Below are positions 35,365-38,488 of a DNA stretch of 38,488 bases, piece after piece (within the stretch, counting starts at the first letter, position 1; each line of letters begins with the position of its first letter). Position numbers and translations under genes: made by a program. Origin of the DNA: Pirellulales bacterium (GTDB lineage: Bacteria; Planctomycetota; Planctomycetia; Pirellulales; PNKZ01); contig DASZPI010000770.1 of NCBI GenBank assembly GCA_035550355.1, forward strand, positions 1 to 38,488, read 5' to 3'. The notes beneath the pieces are model-generated. The model was not told the origin of the DNA. It searched no databases and was given only the letters and a program-made list of their open reading frames with translations.

Positions 35365-37056
35365 ATGCCCCAATCGCTCGAGAACGACAACGCCGACGAG
35401 CAGCCCACGTACAGCTTGCTCGCAACCGCCACCCCGCAAAGCGATTTGTCGGAGGATTCGAATCTTGGCGTGGACCCCAACGACTCGCATGCCGCCAATC
35501 TTCATGCAATGAATGCTGAACTCAAGCGCCGGTCGGCCGAGATCGACCTGCAGGTGGCCGAGCTGGCACGCCGCGAGGCTCAACTCGAAGTCGATCGTGC
35601 CGCGGTCGAGGTCGATCGGCGTATGCTGCGGCAGCAAATTTCCAACACAACCATTCCATTAGCCGACGTCGTTGTTGCGGGTTCGGCCGACGACGCCCAG
35701 GCAAGCCTCGATCAATTGAAGTGTGAACGCGAGGCATGGCAACGCGAGCGCCGGGGCATGCTCGACGAGCTGGACCTGCAGCGACTCGACCTCGCACAAC
35801 GGGTTGCCGCGCTCGAAAAGCAATCGGAAGAGCTGGAGCGCCGGCATGCAGCATTGCGGCAGCTCGAACGCGCCTGCGACGAGCGGCAGCGCAATCAGCG
35901 TCTCGAAATCGAACAATTGAAAGCTTCGCTCGAAGAGCACGCCGAGCAGTTAGCTAGGCAACACGAACAGTTCAAGGCCCTTCAAGACAGCGAAAAGCAG
36001 CGTGCCGAAAGCGTTCGCGCCGAGTTGGACGAACGCCAGCGGACGCTGGAAGTCAACGAGGAGCAATTTCGCCGTCAACGCGCGGAATGGGAAGACCATC
36101 GGCGTAGTGAAGCCTTGCGCGAGGAATTCCGTGGTGGATCGTCGCATCACAGTGCGCTGTCCATCTTCAAGCGTGCGACAACCGAACCGTTAACGCCTAA
36201 AGAGCCGCTTCCGGCAGTGCCCGCGCGCACCCCCGCCAGTTCGGGCGTCACGCTCAGTACGGCATCGTTATTGGCCAAATACGGCGTCGAGCTTGAGCCC
36301 GACGCGCCCGAGCAATCGCCCGCGACGACGCGGTCGCGGCAAGTAACCTTGTCATCGATCAGCAACGAGCGCGAGCACGCATCGAAGCGCGAGGCGGTCG
36401 CACCGACGGAACCCGCGGCCGCCGCGGAAGACAAACCGCCCGAGCAAGCTCCGGCCGCGCCGTCAGCGAGCACACATGCCGATTCGTCCCTCGATGACGA
36501 CGCAGACATTAACGCGTATATGGCGCAATTGCTGGAGAAAAGCCGCGGCAAATCGTCACGCACCGAGCCGATTTCGTCACCTGCTCCTGCAGCGCCTGCC
36601 CCGGTTGCCGAGCGACCGATCCAGCGACCGATATCCGAGGGATCGTCGACCGCCGCGCCGCGCGAAGAGAATCGATTGATGGCGCCACGACCGGCGGCGA
36701 CGACGCAGGCCGTCAATCTGTCGGCACTGCGCGAGGTGGCCAACATGAACGCGCGCGCAGCGATCAACACCCATCTGAACTCGCAAGTCAGCGGTGCGAC
36801 CGTGCGTGCGCTGGCCGGGCTCGCAGTCGGACTGCTCGCCGTCGCGCTGTTCGCCTGGCGTCACCTTTCGGGCGACTGGTGGGCTTGGTATGCGGCGGGC
36901 GCCGGCCTGCTGGGGGCCGCACTGATTGTCATGCGTTATCTCGACGTTCTACGCCGCATCCGACGCAAGCGGGTTCGCTTTGCCGACGCCATCATCGGCA
37001 GTCCCAAGCCGTTGCCGGGCAGCCCTGAAGCCGATCGTTCAGCAACACCATCGTAG
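35365..37056 (+). CDS. Coiled-coil protein with Pro/Ala/Ser-rich linker and two C-terminal transmembrane helices
   Basis: GGAGG lies 5 nt upstream of ATG 35365. A long E/R/Q/L-rich segment (AELKRRSAEIDLQVAELARREAQLEV...EQFRRQRAEWEDHRR), then a PAS-rich low-complexity region, then VRALAGLAVGLLAVALFAW and WWAWYAAGAGLLGAALIVM, then a basic tail. Confidence 0.65.
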   Translation: MPQSLENDNADEQPTYSLLATATPQSDLSEDSNLGVDPNDSHAANLHAMNAELKRRSAEIDLQVAELARREAQLEVDRAAVEVDRRMLRQQISNTTIPLADVVVAGSADDAQASLDQLKCEREAWQRERRGMLDELDLQRLDLAQRVAALEKQSEELERRHAALRQLERACDERQRNQRLEIEQLKASLEEHAEQLARQHEQFKALQDSEKQRAESVRAELDERQRTLEVNEEQFRRQRAEWEDHRRSEALREEFRGGSSHHSALSIFKRATTEPLTPKEPLPAVPARTPASSGVTLSTASLLAKYGVELEPDAPEQSPATTRSRQVTLSSISNEREHASKREAVAPTEPAAAAEDKPPEQAPAAPSASTHADSSLDDDADINAYMAQLLEKSRGKSSRTEPISSPAPAAPAPVAERPIQRPISEGSSTAAPREENRLMAPRPAATTQAVNLSALREVANMNARAAINTHLNSQVSGATVRALAGLAVGLLAVALFAWRHLSGDWWAWYAAGAGLLGAALIVMRYLDVLRRIRRKRVRFADAIIGSPKPLPGSPEADRSATPS

Positions 37057-37077
37057 CCAGCGCGTCGATACCGGCGA

Positions 37078-37106
37078 TTGAACACCGGCATCCAATGGTT
37101 TAGACT
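37078..37106 (+). promoter_or_regulatory. Candidate promoter for tRNA-Leu(GAG): TTGAAC-17 nt-TAGACT, with the -10 bracketed by the inverted repeat CCAATG/CATTGG
   Basis: TTGAAC at 37078-37083, 17-nt spacer, TAGACT at 37101-37106. CCAATG at 37092-37097 and CATTGG at 37107-37112. Confidence 0.35.
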
Positions 37107-37140
37107 CATTGGCTGAGTCGAAAGCCGCCCGATCGACCAA

Positions 37141-37224
37141 GCGCGAGTGGCGGAACTGGCAGACGCACCAGCTTGAGGGGCTGGCGTGAGCAATCACGTG
37201 CAGGTTCAAATCCTGTCTCGCGCA
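37141..37224 (+). tRNA. tRNA-Leu, anticodon GAG (class II, long variable arm)
   Basis: Hand-folded. Acceptor GCGCGAG/CTCGCGC. D arm GCG-GAACTGGCAGA-CGC. Anticodon stem CCAGC/GCTGG with loop TTGAGGG. Variable arm CGTGA-GCAA-TCACG. T arm GCAGG-TTCAAAT-CCTGT. Discriminator A. No encoded CCA. Confidence 0.9.
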
Positions 37225-37229
37225 TTTTC

Positions 37230-37260
37230 CGGCAGCGGGTCTAGCGGCGGTCGGCTGCCG
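37230..37260. terminator. Candidate bidirectional stem-loop (CGGCAGC-N17-GCTGCCG) between tRNA-Leu(GAG) and the convergent GNAT gene
   Basis: 7-bp stem at 37230-37236 / 37254-37260, preceded by TTTT (37225-37228). The loop contains the GNAT stop codon (37241-37243). Confidence 0.3.
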
Positions 37261-37732
37261 ACGTGAACAGCGGCTTCCGAAAGACAATCATATCGTCGCC
37301 ATCGGCGTAGAAGTCGGGCAGGCGCGCCGCCAGTTCGTACCGGTGCTGCTGGTAAAATCGCCGCGTGCGATCGTAGTGCGGCAGCGATGATGTCTCGATG
37401 AACAACATGCGTCCGTGTCGCTGTGCGACCTCGCGCTCGACATCGTCCAGCAATTCGCCGCCAATGCCGCGCGCTTGGACATCGGGACGCACCGCGATCC
37501 AATAGAGATACCAGCTACGGTCAGTCATGGCAGCCGGCGCATAGTAGGCGAAGCCAAGAATTACGCCGTCGCGCTCAAACGTTATCGACCGATGTCCCAG
37601 GGCATGATTGCTGGAGTGGTAATCGCGCAGAACTTCGGCAAGCGCTTCGATCTCGAGCGGCTTGAAGACGTTTGTGGCATCGGCCAAGGCAATGAGCGAA
37701 TCGGTATCGGCTGGAAGGGTTGGCCGGATCAT
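37241..37732 (-). CDS. GNAT-family N-acetyltransferase
   Basis: Acetyl-CoA binding motif [18 protein letters not shown] (Q/R-x-x-G-x-G/A). Typical GNAT length (163 aa) from ATG 37732. The track ORF extension to 37930 is the antisense translation of tRNA-Leu(CAA) (MGLEPTRP...). Confidence 0.8.
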   Translation of the reverse strand: MIRPTLPADTDSLIALADATNVFKPLEIEALAEVLRDYHSSNHALGHRSITFERDGVILGFAYYAPAAMTDRSWYLYWIAVRPDVQARGIGGELLDDVEREVAQRHGRMLFIETSSLPHYDRTRRFYQQHRYELAARLPDFYADGDDMIVFRKPLFTSAADRR

Positions 37733-37856
37733 GGGGGAACGGCTGCTGTCGAAGGCGTTGAAGACGTGGCCTCGTTCTAAGCCGCGACGCCGACTCCGAC
37801 AAGCGACCCTTGACGATCGCACAGCGCGGCCGCAAACTGTCGAAAGACATTCGCTG

Positions 37857-37939
37857 CCGGAGTGGCGGAATGGCAGACGCGCTGGACTCAAAATCCAGTG
37901 GCCGCAAGGTCGTGTGGGTTCAAGTCCCACCTCCGGTAC
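37857..37939 (+). tRNA. tRNA-Leu, anticodon CAA (class II)
   Basis: Hand-folded. Acceptor GCCGGAG/CTCCGGT (G1-U72 wobble). D arm GCG-GAATGGCAGA-CGC. Anticodon stem CTGGA/TCCAG with loop CTCAAAA. Variable arm TGGCCGCAAGGTCGT. T arm GTGGG-TTCAAGT-CCCAC. Discriminator A. Confidence 0.9.
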
Positions 37940-38074
37940 TTTCTTGCTTGTAAAGGCTTGCGTCGAACTGTCGTGACCGCTCGCCCTGCTAGCGCGAGAG
38001 CGTTACGGCAGTGGTATCCGTCGCGATGCCCAGCCCGCGCGATCGTCGGCCAGCAGCCAATATTGGCGCCACGG

Positions 38075-38488
38075 CTAGGCTTGCTTGCCGCTGCGCAAAG
38101 CTTCGAGCGCTTCCCAGCGGCGATACAGCGCGTCGACTGCCGCGGTCGCGGCTTCCAGCTCCGCCCCCTCGGCGGCCAGCCGTTTGTAGTCGCCGCGGGC
38201 GGCTGCGGCAGCCAGCGATTCATGCAGGCGCGTCACGGCTGCTTCCGCTTCGGCGATGCGATCTTCGATCTGGCTCAGCTCTCGCTGCTGCTGATACGAC
38301 AGTTTCGCAACCTTCGTCGCGGGAGTTGCCCCCGTTTTCTTGGTCGCCGGCGGAGTTGGTTGCTGGGACGGCGCCTCAGCCTGCGCCGCCAACCATTGCC
38401 GATAGTCGGCGTACAAACGGCCACGCTGCTCGCGGTCGAATCCGAGCACGACGGTCGACAGCCGGTCGAGCATGAAGCGGTCGTGCGT
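38075..38488 (-). CDS. ABC-F family ATPase (Uup-like), C-terminal fragment; 5' end lies outside the window
   Basis: The frame is open to the window edge (THDRFMLDRLSTVVLGFD is the end of the second ABC domain). It is followed by a linker and the coiled-coil C-terminal domain (LSYQQQRELSQIEDRIAEAEAAV...). Confidence 0.8.
   Translation of the reverse strand, partial: THDRFMLDRLSTVVLGFDREQRGRLYADYRQWLAAQAEAPSQQPTPPATKKTGATPATKVAKLSYQQQRELSQIEDRIAEAEAAVTRLHESLAAAAARGDYKRLAAEGAELEAATAAVDALYRRWEALEALRSGKQA

Noticed and set aside
37733-37930. N-terminal extension [25 protein letters not shown]... of the GNAT ORF
   Set aside because: This is the characteristic antisense translation of a tRNA gene, here tRNA-Leu(CAA). 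The GNAT starts at ATG 37732.
37078-38074. tRNA-Leu genes as an integration site for a genomic island
   Set aside because: There is no integrase, no direct repeat of the tRNA 3' end and no compositional break beyond the short spacers. The only cargo is a single GNAT gene.
1-38488. CRISPR arrays, rRNA genes, insertion sequences, prophage or known defence-system genes
   Set aside because: None seen. There are no regularly spaced repeats, no transposase, integrase or recombinase motifs, and no nuclease/helicase/methylase clusters typical of defence islands.

Overview
GC-rich bacterial chromosomal segment. I call 32 protein-coding genes (2 cut by the window edges) and 2 tRNA-Leu genes. I found no rRNA, CRISPR array, transposase, integrase or phage gene. 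Gene content points to a Planctomycetota-like (Pirellulales-type) genome, but this is inference only: many Ser/Thr-type signalling genes, a PEGA lipoprotein, a sigma54 two-component pair, a DksA/TraR protein with an acidic tail, and an H4MPT/methanofuran-linked cofactor trio.

Gene order, left to right:
- ferredoxin-domain protein (partial) and a cytidylate-kinase-like protein
- a translationally coupled ATP-grasp / hydantoinase-fold / amino-acid-kinase-fold trio (mfnD-mfnF-mfnE-like candidate)
- delta-9 desaturase, ComEC, an SGNH hydrolase with a TPR insert, gamma-glutamyltransferase, an S9 peptidase lipoprotein
- a long minus-strand array: purF, 2-hydroxyacid dehydrogenase, Ser/Thr kinase, AsmA-like protein, MBL hydrolase, TPR-like protein
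- proB and lexA
- a phospho-signalling island: sigma54-dependent response regulator, HAMP histidine kinase, membrane CX5R phosphatase-like protein, membrane PP2C, PEGA lipoprotein
- an envelope block: DksA/TraR, HtrA, MlaE-MlaF-long MlaD, a small ORF
- a coiled-coil membrane protein behind a 723-bp non-coding spacer
- a GNAT gene antisense between tRNA-Leu(GAG) and tRNA-Leu(CAA)
- the 3' end of an ABC-F ATPase

Most interesting sequence-level signal: a correctly spaced sigma54-type -24/-12 element directly upstream of the PP2C gene, with two inverted repeats sharing GGCCAA half-sites just upstream of it. It lies 2.9 kb from an enhancer-binding response regulator with an intact GAFTGA motif.

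All family calls come from motifs read by eye in the translated ORFs. No database search was possible. Many long ORFs in the track are antisense or out-of-frame artefacts of the high GC content and were rejected.
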